Assembly: GCA_963727775.1 (NCBI GenBank)
Contig: CAVSHB010000001.1
Span: forward strand, 64,001-128,000
Direction of reading: 5' to 3'
Origin: an uncultured Nitrospiraceae bacterium
Lineage (GTDB): Bacteria > Nitrospirota > Thermodesulfovibrionia > Thermodesulfovibrionales > SM23-35
Length of the DNA: 64,000 nt
Shown: positions 19,872-30,444 of the stretch, piece after piece
Layout: every line of letters begins with the position of its first letter
How positions within the stretch are numbered: the stretch's first letter is position 1
Made by a program: the position numbers and the translations under genes
Notes under the pieces: model-generated
What the model was told of the DNA's origin: nothing
What the model saw: only the letters and a program-made list of their open reading frames with translations
The model's database searches: none

Positions 19872-21002
19872 TTACATGTCTGTCAAAGCTTCGATAAGCC
19901 TTTTAACATCCTCATCAGTATGGACCGCAGTGATAGTTATCCTTATCCTTGATTCCTTGACTGTAGGCGGTCTTATGGCAGGCGCATAAATCCCTTTTTC
20001 AAAGAGACGCATTGATATTCGCATCGTATTTTCTATAGTCCCGGTTTTTATGGGTATGATGGGAGTTTCGCTTCCCATAATGTCGTACCCCGCGCCTTTA
20101 ATATCGTTCGCCGCCTTGTTTCTTTGTGTCCAGAGGTTTTTTATTAACCCGGAATCTTTTTCTATTAATTCCAGCGCAGCCATAGATGCCGCGACTACGC
20201 ATGACGGCAGTGCAGTAGAAAACATAAAACTCCTTGCGTTATTGATTGTCCACTGAACAATGTCGGAACTGCCCGCCAGAAAGGCGCCGAGAGAACCGAG
20301 GGCCTTAGAAAAGGTCCCCATCTGGATGATCCACGATTCGGGTTTAATGTCGAAATGGGCAAGAGCTCCTTTGCCGTTGCCGATGACGCCCGTGCTGTGG
20401 GCTTCGTCCAGATATAAAATTACATCATGCTTTTTACAGATGTACACCAAGTCTTTTAATGGCGCGATGTCTCCATCCATGCTGAAGACGGTGTCGGTTA
20501 TGACGATCTTTTTTCTCGAATCTTCTTTTTTCACCAGCTCTTCGAGATGCGTTAAATCTTTATGTTTATAAACACGGAGTTTAGATGCGCTGAGCCTGCA
20601 CCCGTCGATAATACTCGCGTGATTAAACTCATCACTGAATAGCGTGGTATCTCCATCAGCAATCGCAGGTATGATGCCTGTGTTTGCCGCATACCCGGAG
20701 TTAAATGCAAGCGCCGATTCTGTTTCTTTGAAGCGAGCGACTTTTTCCTCAAGCTGCTTATGAAGGATACTCCCGCCACTGAGTAGCCTGGAAGCGCCGG
20801 AACCAAAGCCGTATTCGTCCAGTGCCTTTTTGGCGGTATCGATTATAAAAGGATGATTGGCAAGACCGAGATAGTCGTTGGATGAGAAATTGATATATTC
20901 CTTCCCACCAAATTTTATCTTTGCCCCCTGCGGAGATTCCCTGTCTTTTGTTTCTCTGAATATCCCTCTCTCTTTTAATATCCCAAGTTTTTCATTAAAC
21001 AT
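19872..21002 (-). CDS. bioF: 8-amino-7-oxononanoate synthase
   Basis: SSNDYLGL, NHASIIDG, FSMDGD, DEAH, GTFSKA, IRPPTV. Confidence 0.95.
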   Translation of the reverse strand: MFNEKLGILKERGIFRETKDRESPQGAKIKFGGKEYINFSSNDYLGLANHPFIIDTAKKALDEYGFGSGASRLLSGGSILHKQLEEKVARFKETESALAFNSGYAANTGIIPAIADGDTTLFSDEFNHASIIDGCRLSASKLRVYKHKDLTHLEELVKKEDSRKKIVITDTVFSMDGDIAPLKDLVYICKKHDVILYLDEAHSTGVIGNGKGALAHFDIKPESWIIQMGTFSKALGSLGAFLAGSSDIVQWTINNARSFMFSTALPSCVVAASMAALELIEKDSGLIKNLWTQRNKAANDIKGAGYDIMGSETPIIPIKTGTIENTMRISMRLFEKGIYAPAIRPPTVKESRIRITITAVHTDEDVKRLIEALTDM

Positions 21003-21090
21003 GAGTTTATTTTAGCACAATAGTCCGGCGCGCATTTCAGGCCAAATCCGGGATTTCAGAGGGTTTAAGTTTTTTTATTACAAAAAGCTC

Positions 21091-21120
21091 TTGACAATTT
21101 TTTTTTTCATGTGGTATGCT
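21091..21120 (+). promoter_or_regulatory. Sigma70-type promoter of the atp operon
   Basis: TTGACA-N18-TATGCT with a TG extension, ~40 bp upstream of atpF'. Confidence 0.6.
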
Positions 21121-21158
21121 GGTTTCGCTTTTCTAAACTACTTGAGGGAAGGTGCAAG

Positions 21159-21581
21159 ATGTTAGATATCCAACTTAAATGGCTTATCGTTTTGGCTATT
21201 AATTTCATCGTATTAATGTTTGTTTTAAACTCCATCCTTTTTAAGCCCCTCATGAAGATCTTCAAAGAACGTGAAGATACCGTGAAGGGGAATCTCGACG
21301 CTGCGAAGAACATGAGTAACAAAAGGGAAGAAAGCATTTCCGGATTGAACCGTGAACTCGCCGAATCGAGAAACAAGGCCAAAGAATTGTTCGAGTCTCT
21401 TAAGACTGAAGCAGTAAGCAAACAGAAAGAAGTCCATTCAGCCGCAGAAGCAGAAGCAACTGCGATACTCGATAAGGCGAAGGCGGAGATTAAGGATGAG
21501 GCTGAAAAGGCAAGAAAGGCTTTAAGAGCCGATGTCGATAAGTTCTCCGACGAAATTGTGAGAAAGCTGGTGAATGCATGA
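21159..21581 (+). CDS. F0F1 ATP synthase subunit b'
   Basis: N-terminal TM helix (INFIVLMFVLNSILFKP) plus coiled coil; first gene of the atp operon; ATG at 21159. Confidence 0.88.
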   Translation: MLDIQLKWLIVLAINFIVLMFVLNSILFKPLMKIFKEREDTVKGNLDAAKNMSNKREESISGLNRELAESRNKAKELFESLKTEAVSKQKEVHSAAEAEATAILDKAKAEIKDEAEKARKALRADVDKFSDEIVRKLVNA

Positions 21582-22174
21582 AAATGAAAGTTCAAAATTC
21601 AAAAATTATCAAAGCCTTTTTGTTCTTCCTTTTTAATTTGGCTGTTGTCTCGATTGCTTTCGGCAGCGGCGGGGGAGAAGAGGGCGGACATGGTTCACTT
21701 GTGAAGGATTACATGTGGAAGATTATTAATTTCCTTATTCTGATTGCTGTCCTCTACAAGTTTGGGAAGAAACCTATCGCGGATTTTCTAAAGAAAAGGA
21801 CCGAGTTAATAGAAAAGACATTAAACGAAGCAAAAGAGGCAAAAGAGGCCGCTTTAAAGGCGTTGCAGGAAGCGGAAGAGAGGCTTAAGACAAAAGACGC
21901 TGAGATAGAGGCGATCCTTTCCGCGGCAAAGAAATCCGGGGAGCATGAGCGCGACAGGATCATTGAAGAAAGCGGCAAACTGAAAGAGAAGATACTGGAG
22001 CAGGCGAAGACCAATATAGAATATGAACTGAAACATGCAAAAGAGGCGATTAAAGCTGAAGCTGTAGAATTGGCAATGGAACTCGCAGAGAAAAAGCTCA
22101 AGGATAAGTTGACCAAGGAAGAACAGGAGAAACTCCTCGATGAGTCATTGGTGAAGATAGGAGGCCGAGGTTGA
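21578..22174 (+). CDS. atpF: F0F1 ATP synthase subunit b
   Basis: WKIINFLILIAVL TM helix plus coiled coil; operon position. Confidence 0.9.
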   Translation: MKMKVQNSKIIKAFLFFLFNLAVVSIAFGSGGGEEGGHGSLVKDYMWKIINFLILIAVLYKFGKKPIADFLKKRTELIEKTLNEAKEAKEAALKALQEAEERLKTKDAEIEAILSAAKKSGEHERDRIIEESGKLKEKILEQAKTNIEYELKHAKEAIKAEAVELAMELAEKKLKDKLTKEEQEKLLDESLVKIGGRG

Positions 22175-22711
22175 AAAAGATAAAAGGAGCAAGCAAATAC
22201 GCGAAGGCATTGCTGAGAAATGTCGGAATGGATAAAGCAGGTGAGGCAATAGCCGAAATAAGTTCCGTTAACGACCTTATGATCAAGAGCAGGGAGTTTA
22301 GGAGTCTTCTTGTTAATCCGCAATTTACGACCGAGGAGAAGACAGGGGTCATAAAGGCATTGGCGGACAGACTCAAACTCTCGGACAGCACGATCAAGTT
22401 TGTCCTGTACCTCGCTGAGGTTGGGGCGATCATAGGTCTTGCCGATATACTCAAGATTGCTGTAAATATCTATCTCGAAAGACAGAGGAAGGCGAAGGCG
22501 ATTGTTATGAGTCCGATCGAGATCAGCAAGGACCGTGAGGGGACATTGAAAGCGTCCCTGAAGAAGATGACTGACAGGGATGTCGATCTGGAGTATGTGA
22601 TAGAATCCTTCCCTTCTTGGCGGAATTCTCGTTAAGATAGGAAGCACCATGTATGACACGAGCATAAGGGGCCAGCTAAGGCTCTTAAAAGATGAGTTAA
22701 TAAAGGGGTGA
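22171..22711 (+). CDS. atpH: F0F1 ATP synthase subunit delta (apparent +1 frameshift near 22604)
   Basis: ASKYAKAL N-terminus; removing one A from GATAGAATCC restores [25 protein letters not shown]...KG* ending at 22711. Confidence 0.9.
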
Positions 22712-22715
22712 CATT

Positions 22716-24227
22716 ATGGCAGAAATTAAGACAGAAGAAATAAGCGAACTTCTAAAAAAACAGATTACGGATTTCGAGAAGAAGGTTGATGTCAGTGAGA
22801 TCGGTACGGTCACTTACATCGGTGACGGTGTCGCAAAGGTTTACGGTCTTGACAACTGTATGGCTATGGAGATGCTTGAGTTCCAGAACGGCGTTTTCGG
22901 CATGGCCCTGAACCTTGAAGAAGATTCAGTCGGCGCGGTCCTCTTCGGTGAGGACAAAAATGTTAAGGAAGGCGATATCGTAAAACGCACTGGAAAGGTT
23001 ATGGAAGTCCCGGTCGGAGATGAACTCAAGGGAAGAGTAGTCAATGCTATCGGACAGCCCATAGACGGAAAGGGCCCGATTAATTCAAAACAGACAAGAA
23101 GGGTCGAGGTTGTTGCACCGGGTATTATTAAAAGAAAACCGGTTCATGAACCCCTCCAGACTGGCATTAAAGCGGTTGACGCCATGATCCCGATAGGAAG
23201 AGGCCAGAGGGAGCTCGTCATCGGTGACCGTCAGATCGGAAAAACAGCCATCCTTATTGACACCATTATCAATCAGAAAGGCGGCGATGTCACCTGCATA
23301 TATGTGGCAATCGGACAGCGTAGACCGGCTGTCGTCAATACCGTCAAGAAACTTGAGGAAATGGGCGCACTGGAGCACACCATCGTTGTCGTTGCAACAG
23401 CGAGTGAGCCGGCGCCAATGCAGTATATAGCGCCGTATGTGGGTTGTACGATGGGTGAGTATTTCAGGGACAACGGCAAGGCCGCTTTTATTGCGTATGA
23501 TGACCTTACCAAACAGGCGCAGGCATACAGACAGCTTTCCCTGATCCTGAGGCGTCCTCCTTCACGTGAGGCATATCCCGGTGACGTCTTCTATCTCCAT
23601 TCCAGACTCCTCGAAAGGGCAGCTAAGATGAGTGATGCAATGGGCGCGGGGTCGTTGACGGCAATTCCGGTCATCGAGACGCAGGCCGGTGACGTTTCCG
23701 GTTATATACCGACAAACGTTATTTCTATTACAGACGGGCAGATCTATCTTGAGCCTGAACTTTTCTACGCCGGTGTAAGGCCGGCAGTTAACGCAGGTCT
23801 TTCGGTCAGTCGTGTCGGCGGCGCTGCCCAGATCAAAGCCATGAAGCAGGTCGCAGGTATGCTCAGGCTTGACCTCGCACAGTATAGAGAGCTTGCCGCA
23901 TTTGCACAATTCGCATCCGACCTTGATAAGGCGACCCTCGCACAGATCGAAAGAGGAAGAAGGATGGTCGAGCTTCTGAAACAGGACCAGTTTGTACCGA
24001 TGTCGGTTGATGATCAGATAATTGTTATTTATGCAGGAACCCAGGGCTTCCTCGATGATGTCCCAGTTGATTCAATAAGGAATTTTGAGGAAGCGTTTAT
24101 GAGATATATCAGGACGGAAAAGCAGGCCCTGAAGAAAGAAATCATGGAAAAGAAGGCACTGGATGATGACCTTAAAGCAAAGCTTACCGAGGCGATCACC
24201 GCATTCAAGAAAACCTTTTCAGCATAA
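22716..24227 (+). CDS. atpA: F0F1 ATP synthase subunit alpha
   Basis: [35 protein letters not shown]. Confidence 0.98.
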   Translation: MAEIKTEEISELLKKQITDFEKKVDVSEIGTVTYIGDGVAKVYGLDNCMAMEMLEFQNGVFGMALNLEEDSVGAVLFGEDKNVKEGDIVKRTGKVMEVPVGDELKGRVVNAIGQPIDGKGPINSKQTRRVEVVAPGIIKRKPVHEPLQTGIKAVDAMIPIGRGQRELVIGDRQIGKTAILIDTIINQKGGDVTCIYVAIGQRRPAVVNTVKKLEEMGALEHTIVVVATASEPAPMQYIAPYVGCTMGEYFRDNGKAAFIAYDDLTKQAQAYRQLSLILRRPPSREAYPGDVFYLHSRLLERAAKMSDAMGAGSLTAIPVIETQAGDVSGYIPTNVISITDGQIYLEPELFYAGVRPAVNAGLSVSRVGGAAQIKAMKQVAGMLRLDLAQYRELAAFAQFASDLDKATLAQIERGRRMVELLKQDQFVPMSVDDQIIVIYAGTQGFLDDVPVDSIRNFEEAFMRYIRTEKQALKKEIMEKKALDDDLKAKLTEAITAFKKTFSA

Positions 24228-24251
24228 TACGTTTGTGATAGGAGAGGATAA

Positions 24252-25130
24252 ATGCCAACTTTAAGGGATATAAGAAAAAGACTAAAAGCGATCCAGAGCA
24301 CCAAGAAGATTACTGCTGCCATGAAAATGGTGGCCGCGGCAAAGATGCGGAAGGTCCAGGACCGGATGCTGAATTTCAGGCCTTATGCTTCAAGGATGGG
24401 AACAGTCCTGACTGATATCGCGAGGGTTGCAGAGCGCGAGATACATCCCCTCCTTGCGTTGAGGATGAAAAAGAATGTAGAAGTTATTGTCATTGCGTCC
24501 GATAAAGGACTCTGCGGCGCCTTTAATACCAATATCCTGAAGGCCGCGAATAATTATATCAATGGCCTGAAGAAGGAGAATGTTGCATTCAGCCTGAGCA
24601 TAGTCGGCAGAAAGTCGCGCGACTTTTTCAAAAGAAGAAGCGTCCCGACGAGAAACGCTTGGGTCGGCCTTTCCGGAAGGATATCATATACCAACGCTCA
24701 AGAGATAGCGGGTAACCTGATTGAGGGGTATACCAGCGAGGCTTTTGATGAAGTTGTTGTCATTTACAATGAATTCAAGTCGATGATTTCCCAGAAAGTC
24801 ACCATAATGAAACTTCTGCCTGTGGGCGTGATAGAAGGAGAAGAGGGCCGGGAAGAGACAGCCATGAAAGCGGATTACCTCTATGAACCTTCACGGGCAG
24901 CTATTTTCGAAAGACTGCTGCCGAAATATATTGAAATACAGGTCTACAGGGCATTGCTCGAATCCTCGGCAGCGGAGGAAGCTGCGAGAATGGCTGCCAT
25001 GGAAAATGCGACGAAGAACTGTTCCGAACTTATTACGAAGATAACACTCCTGGCAAATAAGGTAAGACAGGCGTCCATCACAAAAGAACTGATGGATATT
25101 GTCGGCGGTGTTGAGGCCTTGAAGGATTAA
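24252..25130 (+). CDS. atpG: F0F1 ATP synthase subunit gamma
   Basis: KITAAMKMVAAAK, DKGLCG, RQASITKEL. Confidence 0.98.
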   Translation: MPTLRDIRKRLKAIQSTKKITAAMKMVAAAKMRKVQDRMLNFRPYASRMGTVLTDIARVAEREIHPLLALRMKKNVEVIVIASDKGLCGAFNTNILKAANNYINGLKKENVAFSLSIVGRKSRDFFKRRSVPTRNAWVGLSGRISYTNAQEIAGNLIEGYTSEAFDEVVVIYNEFKSMISQKVTIMKLLPVGVIEGEEGREETAMKADYLYEPSRAAIFERLLPKYIEIQVYRALLESSAAEEAARMAAMENATKNCSELITKITLLANKVRQASITKELMDIVGGVEALKD

Positions 25131-25164
25131 GGAATAAAGGGTTAAAGAATTATAATATAGTTGA

Positions 25165-26598
<1,434 letters not shown>

Positions 26599-26629
26599 AG
26601 AAATAAAGGCTAAGGCAGGAGAATAATCC

Positions 26630-27037
26630 ATGGAAAGTAAATTAAAACTTGAAATCGTTACACCTTACGGCCTTATTCTGAGCGAGGATGTCGACGAAGT
26701 ATCATGCACCGGAAGTGAAGGTGATTTCGGCGTGCTCCCGGGGCATGTGCCTTTCTTCACAACCTTAAAGATAGGCATGCTCGCATATAAAAAAGGTAAT
26801 GCGACACAATATGTCTTCGTCAACTGGGGATACGCTGAGGTTGGTCCTGATAGGGTCATGATTCTTGCGGACAGCGCCGAAAAGTCGGCAGACATCGATG
26901 TTGAGAGGGCAAAGGCCGCGATGAAGAGAGCTGAAGAAAGACTTAAGAAGGCCGAGGAATATGATTTTGCGCGGGCAACTTCGTCGATTGAAAGGGCTGT
27001 ATCAAGAGTGCAGGTAGCAGAAAGAAAAACAGGATAA
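26630..27037 (+). CDS. atpC: F0F1 ATP synthase subunit epsilon
   Basis: LEIVTP, GDFGVLPGH, IDVERA. Confidence 0.96.
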   Translation: MESKLKLEIVTPYGLILSEDVDEVSCTGSEGDFGVLPGHVPFFTTLKIGMLAYKKGNATQYVFVNWGYAEVGPDRVMILADSAEKSADIDVERAKAAMKRAEERLKKAEEYDFARATSSIERAVSRVQVAERKTG

Positions 27038-27056
27038 TAATTTTTTTACAGTCGAA

Positions 27057-27095
27057 TAAAAAAAAGGCCATGCATTTTTGCATGGCCTTTTTTTA
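27057..27095 (+). terminator. Rho-independent terminator after atpC
   Basis: AAAAAAGGCCATGCA-loop-TGCATGGCCTTTTTTT. Confidence 0.9.
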
Positions 27096-27199
27096 TGATC
27101 CCGCCATTTATTAAAGAAGCGTGATCAATTGCATTATTATGTTTAAATGTGGCAAATTAATATCTTGAAAGTGAATTTATTTGAGGAGAATCAAGCTTC

Positions 27200-28663
27200 A
27201 TGCAAAAAGAGAAGATACTCGTTATTGATGACGAAGAATTTATACTGCAGCTTTCAAGGGATATTCTTACAAAGATCAATTATGAAGTAGCTACCGTCTC
27301 AGACGGGAATGAGGGGATAAGACTTCTCGAGAATGGGAAGTTTGATCTCTTAATGACGGATATAAAAATGCCTAAAGTCGACGGACTGGAAGTCATCAGG
27401 AAGGTGAGATCCGGCAACAAGGAAATCCCGATTATCGTTATTACAGGACATGGCACGCTCGATATTGCAATAAGTGCGCTGCAGTTGGGCGCTCAAGGCT
27501 TTATATTGAAGCCCTTTACCCCGTTAGCGCTCGGGACCGCAGTTGCTGAGGCCTTGGAAAAAAGAAGATTGCTCGGTGAGAATATCAGGATGCGCGCCTT
27601 AATGCCTTTGTTTGAAGTCAGTAAAGAGATAATAAGTGAAATAGACCCAAAAAGACTCCTAAAGTTAATAGTGGAGATTGCAGTTAAGGAAACAAGGGCT
27701 GACAGAGCGTTCTTGTGCCTGATAGATGAAGATACAGGCAGGATTGAGATGGAAGAAGACTATGGGTTATCACCTGCTTTTCACAGTAACTTCAAAGAAA
27801 AATACAGCGAGAAAATAGCCGAGATCGTATCGAAAAAAAAGAAATCTTCTCCTTCGGCCTCCTGTATCAAGCTTTCCTCCGGTTTCGAGGAAATATTGCA
27901 AATTGAAGGCGTGTCCTCGAGTATTTGTACGCCTCTCACCGTTAGGGGAAATGATATCGGTATCCTTTACATAGGCAGGCTGTCCAGTGAACATCCATTT
28001 ACTGTTTCAGAGGTTGAACTTGTTTCTGTTTTGAGCGGGCAGGCTGCCGCTGCTATTGAAAATGCCCGCCTTTATGAAAAGCTCGAACAATCATATCTGT
28101 CAATGATAATCACTTTATCGGGAGTAGTCGAAGCCAGAGACCAGAACACGGACAAGCATATGAAGGACATCGCGGAATATTCCGTTGAAATTGCGAGACA
28201 GATGGAACTTCCCGATGACGATATCGAAAATATAAGGAAGGCCGCGCTCTTGCATGATTTAGGAAAGATATGCGTGCCTGATAATATTCTTATGAAGGCG
28301 GACAAACTTTCGGAATCGGAAATGGACATCATTAAGAAGCACCCGGTAAACGGCGCTAAAATAATCGAATCTGTAGAACCGATTAAGCATGCCAGAGAAA
28401 TAATACGGCATCATCACGAGTTTTTTGACGGGTCCGGTTATCCCGACGGTCTTAAAGGTGGAACGATCCCTTTGGGCGCAAGGATAATCGCAGTAGCTGA
28501 TGCATTTGGCGCAATGACTACCAACAGGCCTTACAGAAATGCGCTCTCGATAAATGAAGCTGTAAAAGAGCTGAAAAAATTTTCCGGGACACAATTCGAT
28601 CCGGATATCGTTAAGATATTTATCTCTATTCTTCATGAGCATGGCATCCTGGAGAATATTTAA
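27200..28663 (+). CDS. Response regulator with REC, GAF and HD-GYP domains (c-di-GMP phosphodiesterase)
   Basis: IDDE/TDIKMP REC domain; GAF (QAAAAIENARL); LHDLGK, HHEFFDGSGYPDGL. Confidence 0.92.
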   Translation: MQKEKILVIDDEEFILQLSRDILTKINYEVATVSDGNEGIRLLENGKFDLLMTDIKMPKVDGLEVIRKVRSGNKEIPIIVITGHGTLDIAISALQLGAQGFILKPFTPLALGTAVAEALEKRRLLGENIRMRALMPLFEVSKEIISEIDPKRLLKLIVEIAVKETRADRAFLCLIDEDTGRIEMEEDYGLSPAFHSNFKEKYSEKIAEIVSKKKKSSPSASCIKLSSGFEEILQIEGVSSSICTPLTVRGNDIGILYIGRLSSEHPFTVSEVELVSVLSGQAAAAIENARLYEKLEQSYLSMIITLSGVVEARDQNTDKHMKDIAEYSVEIARQMELPDDDIENIRKAALLHDLGKICVPDNILMKADKLSESEMDIIKKHPVNGAKIIESVEPIKHAREIIRHHHEFFDGSGYPDGLKGGTIPLGARIIAVADAFGAMTTNRPYRNALSINEAVKELKKFSGTQFDPDIVKIFISILHEHGILENI

Positions 28664-28691
28664 GGGATCTGTCATATTAAACTAATATCAT

Positions 28692-29438
28692 ATGGATGTC
28701 ACACTCGACAGCATCCTCGATATACAATTATATCAGTCAAAAACAGGATACCGTTTTTCAGTAGATTCCCTTCTGCTTCATAACTTTGTGGACCTCAGGA
28801 AAGCCCGGCGCATTGCCGATCTCGGCGCAGGATCGGGTATTGTAGGAATTCTGCTTGCTAAAAAATATACTGCTGCGCATGTGACCCTCTTTGAAATTCA
28901 GGAAAGCCTTTTTAAACTTGCCGGGAAAAACGTTATCCTGAATAATCTTGAAAAAAGGGTTAATATAATAAAACACGACTTGAGAGAAATGAACGCGCTG
29001 TCCGCAGCGTCCGGCGGTTATGATCTCATTGTCTCAAACCCGCCGTTCAGAAGGTTTAAAAGCGGACTGATCAATACTGATGAGGAAAGGGCAGTTGCAC
29101 GCCATGAAATAAAACTAAGACTTGATGAACTCATTCAAGCCGCATCATATCTTTTAAGCGCTAAAGGAAGGTTTTGCATGATATATCATCCGGGTAGACT
29201 TTCGGAACTTATATGTATGTTAAAACAAAAGGGGATTGAAACGAAAAGATTGAGATTTGTACATTCTGATATTTCTTCGGAAGCAAAAATGGTTTTGTTA
29301 GAGGGTGTAAAAGGAGGAAGAACGGGATTGAAAGTTGAAAAGCCCCTTTATCTATACCAGGAGTCCGGCAGGTATAGTAATGAAATGGAGAAGATATACG
29401 GAAATAATCCCAAAGGAGATTTTCGTGGACCATATTAG
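28692..29438 (+). CDS. tRNA1(Val) adenine-37 N6-methyltransferase family protein
   Basis: GYRFSVDS, DLGAGSG, SNPPF, ARHEI. Confidence 0.85.
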   Translation: MDVTLDSILDIQLYQSKTGYRFSVDSLLLHNFVDLRKARRIADLGAGSGIVGILLAKKYTAAHVTLFEIQESLFKLAGKNVILNNLEKRVNIIKHDLREMNALSAASGGYDLIVSNPPFRRFKSGLINTDEERAVARHEIKLRLDELIQAASYLLSAKGRFCMIYHPGRLSELICMLKQKGIETKRLRFVHSDISSEAKMVLLEGVKGGRTGLKVEKPLYLYQESGRYSNEMEKIYGNNPKGDFRGPY

Positions 29439-30306
29439 TAATTTTCTTGCCTATCTCTCTGCTGAAAAAGGGTTATCGAAAAATACCGTCGATTCATATA
29501 AACTGGATCTCAGAAAATTCCATGATTTTCTTGCATCCGTAGCTAAGGGTTTTGATTCATTTTCAAAAGCCGATATAGTTGATTTCATTGAAAGGCTCAG
29601 GGCTGAAGACTATTCCATAGCAAGTATCTGCAGGTTTATATCCTCAATAAAAGCCTTATGCAGATACCTCATAATTGATAACTTCATAAAGGACGATCCG
29701 TCAGAAAACCTTCAGTCTCCGAAAAAATGGGAAAGACTTCCTAAAGCGCTCAGTGTGTCTGAAGTCAGATCTTTCCTCGAAGCGGGCTCCCAAGGCCTTT
29801 CCGGACCAATCTTGGGAAGAGACTATGTAATGTTTGAATTATTGTACTCTTCAGGGGTACGCGTCAGTGAGATAGTGTCACTCAAGCTTGAGGACATCAA
29901 TTTCGAGGCGGGGTTCATGCGTGTGTTGGGGAAGGGATCAAAGGAAAGGATTGTACCGGTCAATACAAGGGCGATAGCCAGAGTAAAAAAATATATAAAT
30001 CTGCAAAGGCCGGAGATATTGAAAAAAAAGCGGTCTCCATATCTTTTTGTCACAAACAGGGGAAAGCCCATGACGCGGCAGCGTTTCTGGCAAACGATAA
30101 AGAAAGTGGGCAAGGAGCTTGGGATGGAGATTTCACCTCATACGATGAGGCACTCCTTTGCGACACATCTTCTTGAGGGTGGGGCTGACCTGAGATCATT
30201 GCAGAAGATGCTTGGACATTCCGATATATCAACAACGCAAATTTACACAAAAGTAACAACCGACAGATTAAAAGAGGTTTATTCAAAACACCACCCGAGA
30301 GCGTAA
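29425..30306 (+). CDS. xerD: Site-specific tyrosine recombinase XerD
   Basis: GTG start after an AAGGAG RBS; YSSGVRVSE, GKGSKER, SPHTMRHSFATHLL, LGHSDISTTQIY, HHPRA end. Confidence 0.92.
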   Translation: MDHISNFLAYLSAEKGLSKNTVDSYKLDLRKFHDFLASVAKGFDSFSKADIVDFIERLRAEDYSIASICRFISSIKALCRYLIIDNFIKDDPSENLQSPKKWERLPKALSVSEVRSFLEAGSQGLSGPILGRDYVMFELLYSSGVRVSEIVSLKLEDINFEAGFMRVLGKGSKERIVPVNTRAIARVKKYINLQRPEILKKKRSPYLFVTNRGKPMTRQRFWQTIKKVGKELGMEISPHTMRHSFATHLLEGGADLRSLQKMLGHSDISTTQIYTKVTTDRLKEVYSKHHPRA

Positions 30307-30444
30307 GAACCGGTAGACGGCAAATATGCACGATTCAGTGAAGGGTTCAGACACTGCTCGATTGACAGTGACAAGTAATAGATTTTTATTTTATACTTCT
30401 TACTCATTAGCAATTACTAACTATTCATAAAATGGAGGAAAGAA

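Noticed and set aside
21754..22665. 303-aa minus-strand ORF and other long antisense ORFs (e.g. 1923-2741, 8597-9232, 31942-32619)
   Set aside because: They overlap well-supported genes on the opposite strand and have no protein motifs.
29425..30306. Tyrosine recombinase as the integron integrase for the nearby attC-like sites
   Set aside because: It has XerD features (HHPRA end), lacks the IntI-specific insertion, and sits in a housekeeping operon.
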